Source: an uncultured Lachnospiraceae bacterium (GTDB lineage Bacteria; Bacillota; Clostridia; Lachnospirales; Lachnospiraceae). Taken from it: DNA of 56,715 bases. Both the position numbers and the translations under genes were made by a program. Location of the stretch: positions 1-56,715 of the forward strand of contig CAMNEB010000001.1 in NCBI GenBank assembly GCA_946536155.1, given 5' to 3'. Positions 19,378 to 27,913 of this stretch are shown one piece after another (position 1 is the first letter of the stretch; the number at the start of each line of letters is the position of its first letter). The notes beneath the pieces were generated by a model. The model was not told the origin of the DNA, made no database searches, and saw only the letters and a list, made by a program, of their open reading frames with translations.

Positions 19378-19821
19378 TTATCTCTCCCCCTTAAGTACCT
19401 TTCTGAATTCCACGGCATATCTTCTTGAGATGATGATGTGCTCCCCTCCTTCGAGGCAGGCATCGATCCTGTTTGACGACATTCCCTTAAGGGAGACGAC
19501 TTTGTTGATGTTGATGATCATGGATCTGCTGCATCTGAAAAATGTTTCTCCGCCCGCTTCTTCCATAAATGAATTAAGTGTCCCGTCCAGCTTTATGACA
19601 GCTTTGTCGGTATAGGCAAATACCTTGTCATCCACGGATTCAAGATACAGTATATCCTCCGCATCGAAGCATATGCTCCCTTCATCCGTCCTGCCCCAGA
19701 GTTTGCTTTTTTCCCCATTTAGGATCGATATTATCTTGCTCACGGGGGGAGTCATTTCCCTGTACCTTACGGAAATACTCTCTTCTCCCTCCGATATCCT
19801 GACGATATCTATCTTCATCAT
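19378..19821 (-). CDS. Stand-alone LytTR DNA-binding regulator
   Basis: ILYLESVDDKVFAYT, FFRCSRSMIININKV and IIISRRY. No receiver domain. Confidence 0.92.
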   Translation of the reverse strand: MMKIDIVRISEGEESISVRYREMTPPVSKIISILNGEKSKLWGRTDEGSICFDAEDILYLESVDDKVFAYTDKAVIKLDGTLNSFMEEAGGETFFRCSRSMIININKVVSLKGMSSNRIDACLEGGEHIIISRRYAVEFRKVLKGER

Positions 19822-19871
19822 CTCTCCGTTTTATAAAGCCATGATGCATTTATGACATGGCCGTCATGATC

Positions 19872-21098
19872 TTACGTCCACTTTCTGAATATCAGGCAGG
19901 CATTGTGTCCTCCGAACCCGAAGGAATTGGATGCAGCGTATTCCATATCGGGATTGCTCTGCGCCTTTCCAAGCACAAAATTAAGATCGCATTCGGGATC
20001 GAATTCCTTATAGCCTGTCATGGGAGGCATCATTCCCGTCTCAAGTGCCTTGACCGTTATCAGTGCTTCAAGCGCTCCGCTTGCTGAAAGGAGATGTCCC
20101 GTCATGGACTTGGTAGATGAAACATAGGGCCTTTTTCCGAACAGTTCATTCACAGCCCTGCTCTCTGTCCTGTCATTTATGACGGTAGAGGTTCCGTGGG
20201 CATTGATATAGGCGATCCTGTCAGCACTTATCCCGGCATCATCCAGGGCTTTTTGCATAGCTCCTATACATGTCAGATTCTCATAATCCGGAGCCACCGG
20301 ATTATACGCATCGCAGTTGCATCCGTATCCGGCTATCTCGGCATAGATTCTCGCACCGCGGCTCTTTGCATGACTTAAGGATTCAAGGATCAGCACCGCT
20401 GCTCCTTCTCCAATGACAAAACCGCTCCTCCTCTTATCGAAGGGGATCGAGGCATTGTCCGGATCATCGCCCTTATGAAGCGCCTTCATTGCCGAAAAAC
20501 CCGCCACGGGGAAGGGAATGATGGATGCATCCGATGCGCCCGCCGCCATTATATCCTCATATCCGTATCTTATCTTGATATATGCTTCTCCTATGGACAT
20601 AGCACCACCGCTGCAGGCCGATACGGAAGCCATGTTGCTGCCTTTTGCGGAAAGGTCTATCGCAACTCTTCCGGATGCCATATTGGGAAGTATTGAGGGG
20701 ATCATCATGGGAGACATCCTGGAGGGGCCTTTTTCCTTCATGACCCTCAGCCCGTCTTCGATCTTCTCGACACCGCCCATGCTGTTTGAGATGTAGACAC
20801 CGAATCTGTCACTGCAGACCGTATCCGGATTAAGGCCGCTGTCCTTATACGCCTGAGATGCGGATACTCTTGCCATATTTATGAATCTTGAATCAAAGAG
20901 AAGATCTCTTTTGGGCAGTGAACTGAAATCCGCATCCTTTACCTCAGCGGCAAGCTTTGCATCAAAGCCCTCCGTATCAAATGATGTTATGAGACCGATG
21001 CCGTTTTTTCCGTTTTTGATATTTTCCCAGAGCGTATCAGGGTCGCTTCCCAGCGAAGCCATGACCCCAAGTCCGGTGACGACCACTCTTTCAGCCAT
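19872..21098 (-). CDS. fabF: 3-oxoacyl-ACP synthase II (KAS II/FabF-like)
   Basis: RVVVTGLG. Catalytic Cys in SACSGG, His in NAHGTST and His in KSMTGHLL. SNSFGFGGHN. GGAGG RBS before ATG 21098. Confidence 0.93.
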   Translation of the reverse strand: MAERVVVTGLGVMASLGSDPDTLWENIKNGKNGIGLITSFDTEGFDAKLAAEVKDADFSSLPKRDLLFDSRFINMARVSASQAYKDSGLNPDTVCSDRFGVYISNSMGGVEKIEDGLRVMKEKGPSRMSPMMIPSILPNMASGRVAIDLSAKGSNMASVSACSGGAMSIGEAYIKIRYGYEDIMAAGASDASIIPFPVAGFSAMKALHKGDDPDNASIPFDKRRSGFVIGEGAAVLILESLSHAKSRGARIYAEIAGYGCNCDAYNPVAPDYENLTCIGAMQKALDDAGISADRIAYINAHGTSTVINDRTESRAVNELFGKRPYVSSTKSMTGHLLSASGALEALITVKALETGMMPPMTGYKEFDPECDLNFVLGKAQSNPDMEYAASNSFGFGGHNACLIFRKWT

Positions 21099-21135
21099 AG
21101 GTATTCCTCCGGCACCTACCTTCTGTGCACTCATC

Positions 21136-22035
21136 TTATATCGAAAGAAGATCCGATATCTTTTCGATATGACTTATCTTTACTTTTTCATTCTTCTTAA
21201 GCGCGGTGGAACGGATGAATCCGTCAACGGATCTTCCCGCACCTATCGTGATAAACTCATTTATCCCATCGGTCAGCATATTTTTGACGATCTCTTCAAA
21301 TCTGACCGGACTGTATAACTGCCTGACAAGAAGAGTTCTGACATCCGTGTCGGATCTGTTCCCCGTGCAGTTAAAATACATCGCCGCAGAGGGCTTTAGT
21401 ATCTCGTATCCGTCAAGCTCCTCAGCCAGTTTTCCGGAGGCATCTTTAAGAAGCGGTGTATGAAATGCTCCGGTAACGCTGAGTCTGACCGCCTTTTTCG
21501 CACCCTTTTCCAGGCAAAGCGCGGCGCATTCATCAAGCTGCTTATTATCGCCGGCTATCACGATCTGATCCGGTGAATTGTAATTGGAGATCCATACCTT
21601 ATCAAACTTACTGACCGCATCTTCAAGAGCTTCACGCTCCATGAACATGATCGCCTGCATCCCGGTATCCTTGTCCTTAAGCGCTTCGTACATGAGCTCC
21701 GCTCTTTTTTCAAGGATCCTGAGCGCCCCTTTTGGTCTTATGGAATCCGTGCTTCCCAGTGCCGTATACTCGCCGAGGGAAAGCCCCGCGCAAGCATCCG
21801 GTGTTATTCCTTTCTGTCTGAGCAGTTCGGAGAGGATATATCCGAACACAAAATTTCCCGGCTGGGAATAACGCGTATCATGTATCCGATCGCTTTCCGC
21901 GACATATATGCTCTTTATGTCAAATGAAAGATTAAGTCCGTCAATAAAGTTCGAAGCAAAGGAGCTTTGTTCGTAAAGTTCCTTAAGCATGCATGCATAT
22001 TCACTTCCCTGTCCGGGAAAAATAAATGCTCTCAT
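21136..22035 (-). CDS. fabD: Malonyl-CoA:ACP transacylase (FabD-like)
   Basis: FPGQGSE, AGLSLGEY nucleophile, NYNSPDQIVIAG and GAFHT. Start overlaps the AccDA stop (TGATG). Confidence 0.9.
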   Translation of the reverse strand: MRAFIFPGQGSEYACMLKELYEQSSFASNFIDGLNLSFDIKSIYVAESDRIHDTRYSQPGNFVFGYILSELLRQKGITPDACAGLSLGEYTALGSTDSIRPKGALRILEKRAELMYEALKDKDTGMQAIMFMEREALEDAVSKFDKVWISNYNSPDQIVIAGDNKQLDECAALCLEKGAKKAVRLSVTGAFHTPLLKDASGKLAEELDGYEILKPSAAMYFNCTGNRSDTDVRTLLVRQLYSPVRFEEIVKNMLTDGINEFITIGAGRSVDGFIRSTALKKNEKVKISHIEKISDLLSI

Positions 22036-23549
22036 CAGTCTCTCACCTTCCTGTCCCATCTTCTTATCCGTTCATACCTTGATTCGATAAGTTCTGCGGT
22101 ATCTTTTTTCATAAGAATGTCATACTGCGAGATCAGATGATCCCTGATACCTGCAGAATCTGTTTCAAGGTCTCCGCTTTCTTCGATGATGCAGTCTATG
22201 ATACCGTCTTCAAGAAGATCCGAAGCCATGATCCTCATTTCCTTCAGGAGCTCATTCCCGACAGGTTCATCCCTTCTCATTATCTTCAGATATGATTCGG
22301 GTGATATGACCGTATAAACGGAATTTTCAAGCATTGCCAGGGAATCGGAAACAGAGAGCGCAAGAGCGCCTCCGCTGGATGCCTCACCGATGACGACGGA
22401 GATCACCGGGGTCTTAAGATCGGAAAACCTGACGAGGCACCTGCTTATCATCCCCGCCTGTCCGTTCTTCTCGGAATCAACGCTGGGACATGCCCCGGGG
22501 CTGTCTATCATGTTTACAACGGGAAGCCCAAGCCTCTCCGCAAGATCCGCCATCCTCAGGACCTTTCTGTAGCCCGAAGGTTTGGTCATTCCGTAATTGC
22601 ATTCTTCTATCTCATCGACGGATCTGCCCTTGTTCTGTATGTTAAAAACAAAGCTTCTTCCGCTTATAAGGCCTATTCCGGATATTATGGACGCATCATC
22701 GCCTCCGATCCTGTCACCCTTTAATTCGACATAAGAATCAAACAGTCTTCCCAGATGATCGGCGCCCTTAAGCCTCCCGATATCCCTGACACATTTAAGG
22801 ACCTCTTTCAGATCCTTTGAGGCAGTATCTTCTGCAGAGGTCTTCCCATAGAGCGGATCTTTTCCGGAAATGACACCGGGGTCATTTTTTCGGACAGACA
22901 GGATGCCAAGTATCTTTTTAAGAACATCCCTCATCTCCTCCCGGGGAACGATCATATCCACATTTCCGTACTTTTCATTAAAAAGATCTGTCTGGAAATC
23001 CTCCGGAGTTTTTTCCTTGTAGATATTTTCAACTATGGTCTTTCCGGAAAAGCCTATGCGGGCACCCTTCTCCGCTATATTGATATCACCCGCAAGTCCG
23101 AAGGAAGCCGAAACGCCTCCCATGGTAGGATCCGTAAGGCATGATATATACAGCCCGCCGCTGTCCCGGAACCGCTTTACGGATGCGCTGACCTTGGCCA
23201 TCTGTACAAGTGCAAAGAGCCCTTCCTGTATCCTGGCTCCGCCGCTTGCGCAAAAAAGGATCACCGGCATCTCTCCGGCGGCATATTCAAAAAGTTCTGT
23301 CACAGCTTCGCCGACGGATACGCTCAGGGTTCCCATCATGAATCCCGGATCCATGACACCGATCGCGGCGGATATCCCGCCTATCCTGCAGATGCCGGTA
23401 ACAACGGCTTCTTCAAGTCCTGTCGCCGTAACCGCATCCCGCATCTTATCCCCGTAGCCGCACCTGTCCGAAAGATCTGTCTTTACCAGGTCAAATCCGA
23501 CAAATGTGCCTTCGTCGACTATGCTCTTTATCCTCTCCTCAGCAGTCAT
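22035..23549 (-). CDS. accD: Fused acyl-CoA carboxylase carboxyltransferase beta-alpha (AccD-AccA)
   Basis: AccD half: FMMGT, SGGARIQEG, LTDPTMGGVSASF. AccA half: GDRIGGDD, GYRKVLR, IDSPGA, IGEASSGGALA, YTVISPES. No N-terminal Zn finger. Confidence 0.88.
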   Translation of the reverse strand: MTAEERIKSIVDEGTFVGFDLVKTDLSDRCGYGDKMRDAVTATGLEEAVVTGICRIGGISAAIGVMDPGFMMGTLSVSVGEAVTELFEYAAGEMPVILFCASGGARIQEGLFALVQMAKVSASVKRFRDSGGLYISCLTDPTMGGVSASFGLAGDINIAEKGARIGFSGKTIVENIYKEKTPEDFQTDLFNEKYGNVDMIVPREEMRDVLKKILGILSVRKNDPGVISGKDPLYGKTSAEDTASKDLKEVLKCVRDIGRLKGADHLGRLFDSYVELKGDRIGGDDASIISGIGLISGRSFVFNIQNKGRSVDEIEECNYGMTKPSGYRKVLRMADLAERLGLPVVNMIDSPGACPSVDSEKNGQAGMISRCLVRFSDLKTPVISVVIGEASSGGALALSVSDSLAMLENSVYTVISPESYLKIMRRDEPVGNELLKEMRIMASDLLEDGIIDCIIEESGDLETDSAGIRDHLISQYDILMKKDTAELIESRYERIRRWDRKVRD

Positions 23550-23563
23550 GTTCGGTAATCCCT

Positions 23564-23794
23564 TTAGTCGCTTACGCCCTTGCTCTCGAGAAGATCGATG
23601 ACATCACCGACTGTCTCAAGCTTTGCGATCTCTTCCTCCGTGATCTCTATCTCAAATTCATCCTCGAGAAGAACGGACATCTGAAGCGCAAGAAGGCTGT
23701 CGATATCCAGATCGTCCCTGAGCTTTGAATCGGGTGTTATGTCGACCTCTATTCCCAGCTGTTCCGATATGACTTCCTTTATCTTTTCAAGCAT
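23564..23794 (-). CDS. acpP: Acyl carrier protein
   Basis: Acidic 76 aa protein. DLDIDSL phosphopantetheine site, LEDEFEIEI and TVGDV. AGGAGG RBS. Confidence 0.93.
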   Translation of the reverse strand: MLEKIKEVISEQLGIEVDITPDSKLRDDLDIDSLLALQMSVLLEDEFEIEITEEEIAKLETVGDVIDLLESKGVSD

Positions 23795-23809
23795 TGTTTA
23801 TCCTCCTGT

Positions 23810-24745
23810 TTAAAGGTTCAGTAACAGTATATTACATGTAAGGCCCGCGGCTGTTCCGCACAGTATTACCCTGCTGCCCTTTTTAAGGCGTCCGCTCTCT
23901 ATCATCTCACAGAGCACATAGGGAACGGATACGGATACCATATTTCCGAGCTCGCTTACCCTGTTTACGTATTTATCCTCATCGATCTTTAATATCTTCA
24001 TTATGAACGGCAGTACCCTGCTGGCCTGATGAGGGATTATGAGATCCACATCATTTACGGAGACGCCGAATTCTTCCTCGAATTCCTTAAACATACCCGG
24101 AAGCTTTTTGGTGCAGAGGCTGAATATGGGCTTTCCCTTCATATCGAACTGATAATCCGCCCTGTCCTCTTCCCGGTATTTCATGGCGGTCCTCAAAGTT
24201 CCTCCCCCCCTGATCTCCGTTGCATGCACGCCTTCTGAATATGTCCTGATCATGCTGCCAACAACTCCCTGATCGGGATCGTCGCTCTTTGAGATGATGA
24301 CCGCACATGCTCCGTCGGAAAAAAGAGTGTAGCTTTCCTTCTGGTCTTCATTAAGACCTTCGGATGCTATATCACTTGAGATGATGAGGACGTTTCCGTA
24401 TCTTCCGTCCTCTATCAGATATGACATGGTATCGAGGGCGGATATAAAGCTGGTGCAGGTAGTATTGATATCCATTGCGGGGATACAGGTACCCTTTGCG
24501 ATCCTCTCGTGGATCAGAGCCGCACTGCAGGGCAGGGGCTGGAGCATCACGGCGCCCGCGGAGACTATGCAGTCAATATCTTCGATCTTCATCCCCGCAT
24601 TTTCAAGAGCCCTGAGGGCAGCCTTTTCGGCCATGTCCAGCTGAGTCTCTTCTCCGTTGCATCTGTATCTCGTCTCACCGTTAAATTCAAATACATTGCG
24701 GGGCAGATATGATCCGTAACCTGCGATCTTTATATGTCTCATCAT
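23810..24745 (-). CDS. 3-oxoacyl-ACP synthase III family (FabH-like condensing enzyme)
   Basis: GYGSYLP and FSDGA. Cys-His-Asn triad in INTTCTSF, IPHQAS and LGNMVSVS. GTAAGL. Confidence 0.88.
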   Translation of the reverse strand: MMRHIKIAGYGSYLPRNVFEFNGETRYRCNGEETQLDMAEKAALRALENAGMKIEDIDCIVSAGAVMLQPLPCSAALIHERIAKGTCIPAMDINTTCTSFISALDTMSYLIEDGRYGNVLIISSDIASEGLNEDQKESYTLFSDGACAVIISKSDDPDQGVVGSMIRTYSEGVHATEIRGGGTLRTAMKYREEDRADYQFDMKGKPIFSLCTKKLPGMFKEFEEEFGVSVNDVDLIIPHQASRVLPFIMKILKIDEDKYVNRVSELGNMVSVSVPYVLCEMIESGRLKKGSRVILCGTAAGLTCNILLLNL

Positions 24746-26031
24746 CTTACCTTTCTCTCAACTCTCTTCATTTTTCTGGCGGGATCGTATGTATAATCTT
24801 CAAATCTTATCTCCGGCATTTCAAATCCCATCCTGCCTGACAGAGTCCTGAATTCTTCCGTTATGCGGTTTCTGATCTCATCACCTGTAACATCGAGATA
24901 TACGGTGATGTTTTTTCTGTCTTCCTGAACGACCTTATAATTCCTGACGCCCTCGGCATATATTATGCATCTGCTGATAAAATCGGGAAATACCGTTACG
25001 TCTTTTCCGTCCGGTCCGTCAAAGATAAAGATGTCATCCTCCCTGCCTTCGATCTTCTTTATCACCGCACATGCTGAGCCGCAGGGACATTTTTCCTTAT
25101 CGGCGACAAGGATGTCATTAAGTCTGTATCTGATTATGGGCTGGGACTTGCGGGTAAAATCGGTTATTATGGGAACGAATCTCTCGTCATCTATATACTC
25201 TCTCTCAACATAGATGACATCCTCGCTCAGATGGAAGCGTCCGCATTCGCACACATATCCCAGAAACCCTTCAGTACACTGGTATGCCTGATGGATGATA
25301 TCAAGCCCGAATATCCTCTTAAAATACTTCTCGTCATTTTCGGTCAAAACCTCCGCAACGGAAACTATCTTTACAGGCCTGACGTTTATCTCACCTTTTT
25401 CCATGGCAGAGGCAATAAGGAGCAGGACGGAAGGAGGTGCCACGAGTATAGAGGGCTGATATTCGTTAAGTTCCTTCAGATTCCCATCCATGCTCTTTAA
25501 GATATCGAAATATCTGAACTGTATGGCTTTTGAGTCAATGGTCTCGTACAGATTGTTATCTGCCCTCAGGAAAAAAGCGATCTTATGTCCGAATATGTTT
25601 CCCTTCGGAAGAAACCTTGCCAGAACGCCTCCGGCCCACATGGCTCTTTCATCATCGCTGATGATGAACAGTCCCCTGGCACCGCTGGTACCTGAGGACA
25701 GTCCCACAGAGATGCCGTCCAGCTTCTCGTCGAAATCCCTGGTCTTTTCCCCGTTTATCGCGATCTCAAGAGCCTTATCCCTGTCGATGCCGACACAGTT
25801 AAGGCGGTTGAAATTCTCCATCATGACATGCTTGTCCATATAGGGAAGAGCTTTAAGATCATCTGCGCTGTCCGCTTTTATGTCTCTGAAATATTCGGAG
25901 TGGGCCTTTATGTACTTCAGCTGCGCAAGGATGTTCTTCTCCTGGAATCTTTCAAGTTTCTCCCTGCTCCTAAAAACACTGAAGTACCGCCTCATAATAA
26001 AGTTCTTAACGACCTTTATCTTCTCATTCAT
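24742..26031 (-). CDS. Coenzyme F390 synthetase-related adenylate-forming enzyme (TIGR02304-like)
   Basis: P-loop GLSSGTSG, FFLRADNNLY, HQAYQCTEG, PIIRYRLND and IEGREDD (PaaK/F390-type adenylation family). Confidence 0.85.
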   Translation of the reverse strand: MNEKIKVVKNFIMRRYFSVFRSREKLERFQEKNILAQLKYIKAHSEYFRDIKADSADDLKALPYMDKHVMMENFNRLNCVGIDRDKALEIAINGEKTRDFDEKLDGISVGLSSGTSGARGLFIISDDERAMWAGGVLARFLPKGNIFGHKIAFFLRADNNLYETIDSKAIQFRYFDILKSMDGNLKELNEYQPSILVAPPSVLLLIASAMEKGEINVRPVKIVSVAEVLTENDEKYFKRIFGLDIIHQAYQCTEGFLGYVCECGRFHLSEDVIYVEREYIDDERFVPIITDFTRKSQPIIRYRLNDILVADKEKCPCGSACAVIKKIEGREDDIFIFDGPDGKDVTVFPDFISRCIIYAEGVRNYKVVQEDRKNITVYLDVTGDEIRNRITEEFRTLSGRMGFEMPEIRFEDYTYDPARKMKRVERKVR

Positions 26032-26825
26032 ATCTTTATAATACTCTCACTGTATGTATCATGACTGAAAGCAAGCCTGATACCGTCATCCGCCATCTTC
26101 CTAAGCAGCCTGTCGCCTTCGATATACGCCTTCATATCGGCCTGTATGAGCCTCGGGAAAAACCTGAACTCATCGGCCTTTCCGACAAAGCCGTTTCCCC
26201 AGCTCGAATCCGCTCCGAGGAACAGGGAATCTTCTATCATGCAGCAGAGCTGTCCGTTTGCATGTCCGTTTATCTTTGTGAGAAGGATTGATCCGTCTCC
26301 GAAAAGATCGTGATACGAAAAATATTTATTCTTTTCCTTCATGAGCATCTCATCGCTCATGAGCATCAGTCTCTTCTCGAAATCATCCGGCAGGAGCTTA
26401 TCAAATATCAGGTATAAAAGCTTATTGTTCTTATATGAATCAAAAGCCTCTGCTGAGAGGATGATCCGTGCATTCTTAAAACTCCCGACACACCCGATAT
26501 GGTCCGGATGAAGATGGGACAGTATCAGGTATTTTATCTCCCCGCAGTCTATACCGTCCTTCGAAAGCCTTACATCGATCCTGTCCTCATGTTTTATGAC
26601 GGTTGGATTTATCAGGTTATATAACTTTCCCTTCCATCCCAGGTCGTAGATCTTTTCGCTGTATCCGGTGTCGTACAGTATATATCCGGCTTCGGGGTGC
26701 TTTATCAGAAACACTCCCGCGGGGAATCTCACTTTTTCTTTTTTATGATGTCTGAATACCAGCTTCAGGTCATTGGTGCAGTATCCGCAGTCATAATACT
26801 TTATTTCGTTTATAATCTTCGGCAT
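26028..26825 (-). CDS. Metallo-beta-lactamase-fold hydrolase
   Basis: LYDTGY, SHLHPDHIG (HxHxDH), GHANGQ, GAD and SHD. Confidence 0.9.
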   Translation of the reverse strand: MPKIINEIKYYDCGYCTNDLKLVFRHHKKEKVRFPAGVFLIKHPEAGYILYDTGYSEKIYDLGWKGKLYNLINPTVIKHEDRIDVRLSKDGIDCGEIKYLILSHLHPDHIGCVGSFKNARIILSAEAFDSYKNNKLLYLIFDKLLPDDFEKRLMLMSDEMLMKEKNKYFSYHDLFGDGSILLTKINGHANGQLCCMIEDSLFLGADSSWGNGFVGKADEFRFFPRLIQADMKAYIEGDRLLRKMADDGIRLAFSHDTYSESIIKI

Positions 26826-27777
26826 ATTTTGCGATCCCTTCACTGAGGGTAATTAAGGGCTTATAATCCAGTTCTTCTTTTGCCTTTTCGATATTAAGGG
26901 TCTGGCTGTAGCCCAGCGTACAGATATTATATCTGGTGATCATGGGTTCTTTGTATATACGGAACAGTTTGAAGATAAACTCTATGAGTGATGATACTCC
27001 CAGCATGAATCCCAGCCCGAGCTTCAGATATTTCGGAGACTCCCCTATCTGCTCAAAGAGTTCTTCGAGTATGCTCTTGAATTCTCTGGGCTCTCCGTTT
27101 GTTATGTTATATACACTGCCGGACGGGACATCCTTTTCCATGGCAAGTCTCAGCGCCAGGGCGACATTCTCGACACAGGTTATATCCACGATATTCTTCC
27201 CGCCGTTAAAAAGAGGGATGCCGATCTTCCTGTTTGCCCTGATGAGCCTCGGGATTATGCTGGTATCGCCGATACCGAACAGTCCTCTGGGTCTTATCAC
27301 CACGTAGGGGATATCCGATGCACGAAGCTCCTTCTCTGCCAGGATCTTGCTCTCTATATAGTAATTCAGGCTGTTGGTCTCATCGTAATCGTCTTCCGTG
27401 ATGTTCAGCCTGTCCCTTGTTGTTGCATAGATGCTGGGAGACGATACGTAAACGAGCTTTTTTATATTATTGGCCCTGCATGCTTTGATGACATTGGCCG
27501 TTCCATCCACATTGGTCTTTAAAAAATCATCCCTTTTTCCCCATACGGTGGAAAGAGCTCCCGCATGGATGATGTAGTCCGCACCCTTCGAAGCCTCAGT
27601 AATGGCCTCTTCGTCACAGAAATCACCCACAAAGGTCTCGACGTTTTCCCGCTTCAGCTTATCGAGCTCAGCCTTTTTTCTTCCGAAAGCTATTACCGAA
27701 TAACCGTTTCCCGTCAGCTCTTCGATCAGATACTTTCCCAAAAAGCCGTATGCACCCGTCACCAGTACTTTTATCAT
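26791..27777 (-). CDS. NAD(P)-dependent epimerase/dehydratase, 3-beta-HSD-like extended SDR (OleD/YbjS-like)
   Basis: VTGAYGFLG, HAGALS, YVSSPSIY, YIESK (YxxxK) and IRPRGLFG. Confidence 0.9.
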   Translation of the reverse strand: MIKVLVTGAYGFLGKYLIEELTGNGYSVIAFGRKKAELDKLKRENVETFVGDFCDEEAITEASKGADYIIHAGALSTVWGKRDDFLKTNVDGTANVIKACRANNIKKLVYVSSPSIYATTRDRLNITEDDYDETNSLNYYIESKILAEKELRASDIPYVVIRPRGLFGIGDTSIIPRLIRANRKIGIPLFNGGKNIVDITCVENVALALRLAMEKDVPSGSVYNITNGEPREFKSILEELFEQIGESPKYLKLGLGFMLGVSSLIEFIFKLFRIYKEPMITRYNICTLGYSQTLNIEKAKEELDYKPLITLSEGIAKYAEDYKRNKVL

Positions 27778-27913
27778 ATCCTTCTTTGTTCCTCCGGAAA
27801 TGTATATGCTCCTTCATGTTATTCTATCCCATTAATCAGGTAAGGTAAAGAATCGTTGACTACCTGTGACCCTGTGGGATTATAATCATATAAAAATCCC
27901 AAAGGAGTATTTT

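Noticed and set aside
26028-26825. Beta-lactamase resistance gene
   Set aside because: No signal peptide, and it is embedded in a biosynthetic operon. The MBL fold alone does not imply beta-lactam hydrolysis.
19872-27777. Housekeeping fatty-acid synthesis operon or canonical oleABCD
   Set aside because: It lacks fabG, fabZ, fabK, accB and accC. It has no alpha/beta-hydrolase OleB or long-chain-ligase-type OleC, and the OleA Glu appears absent.
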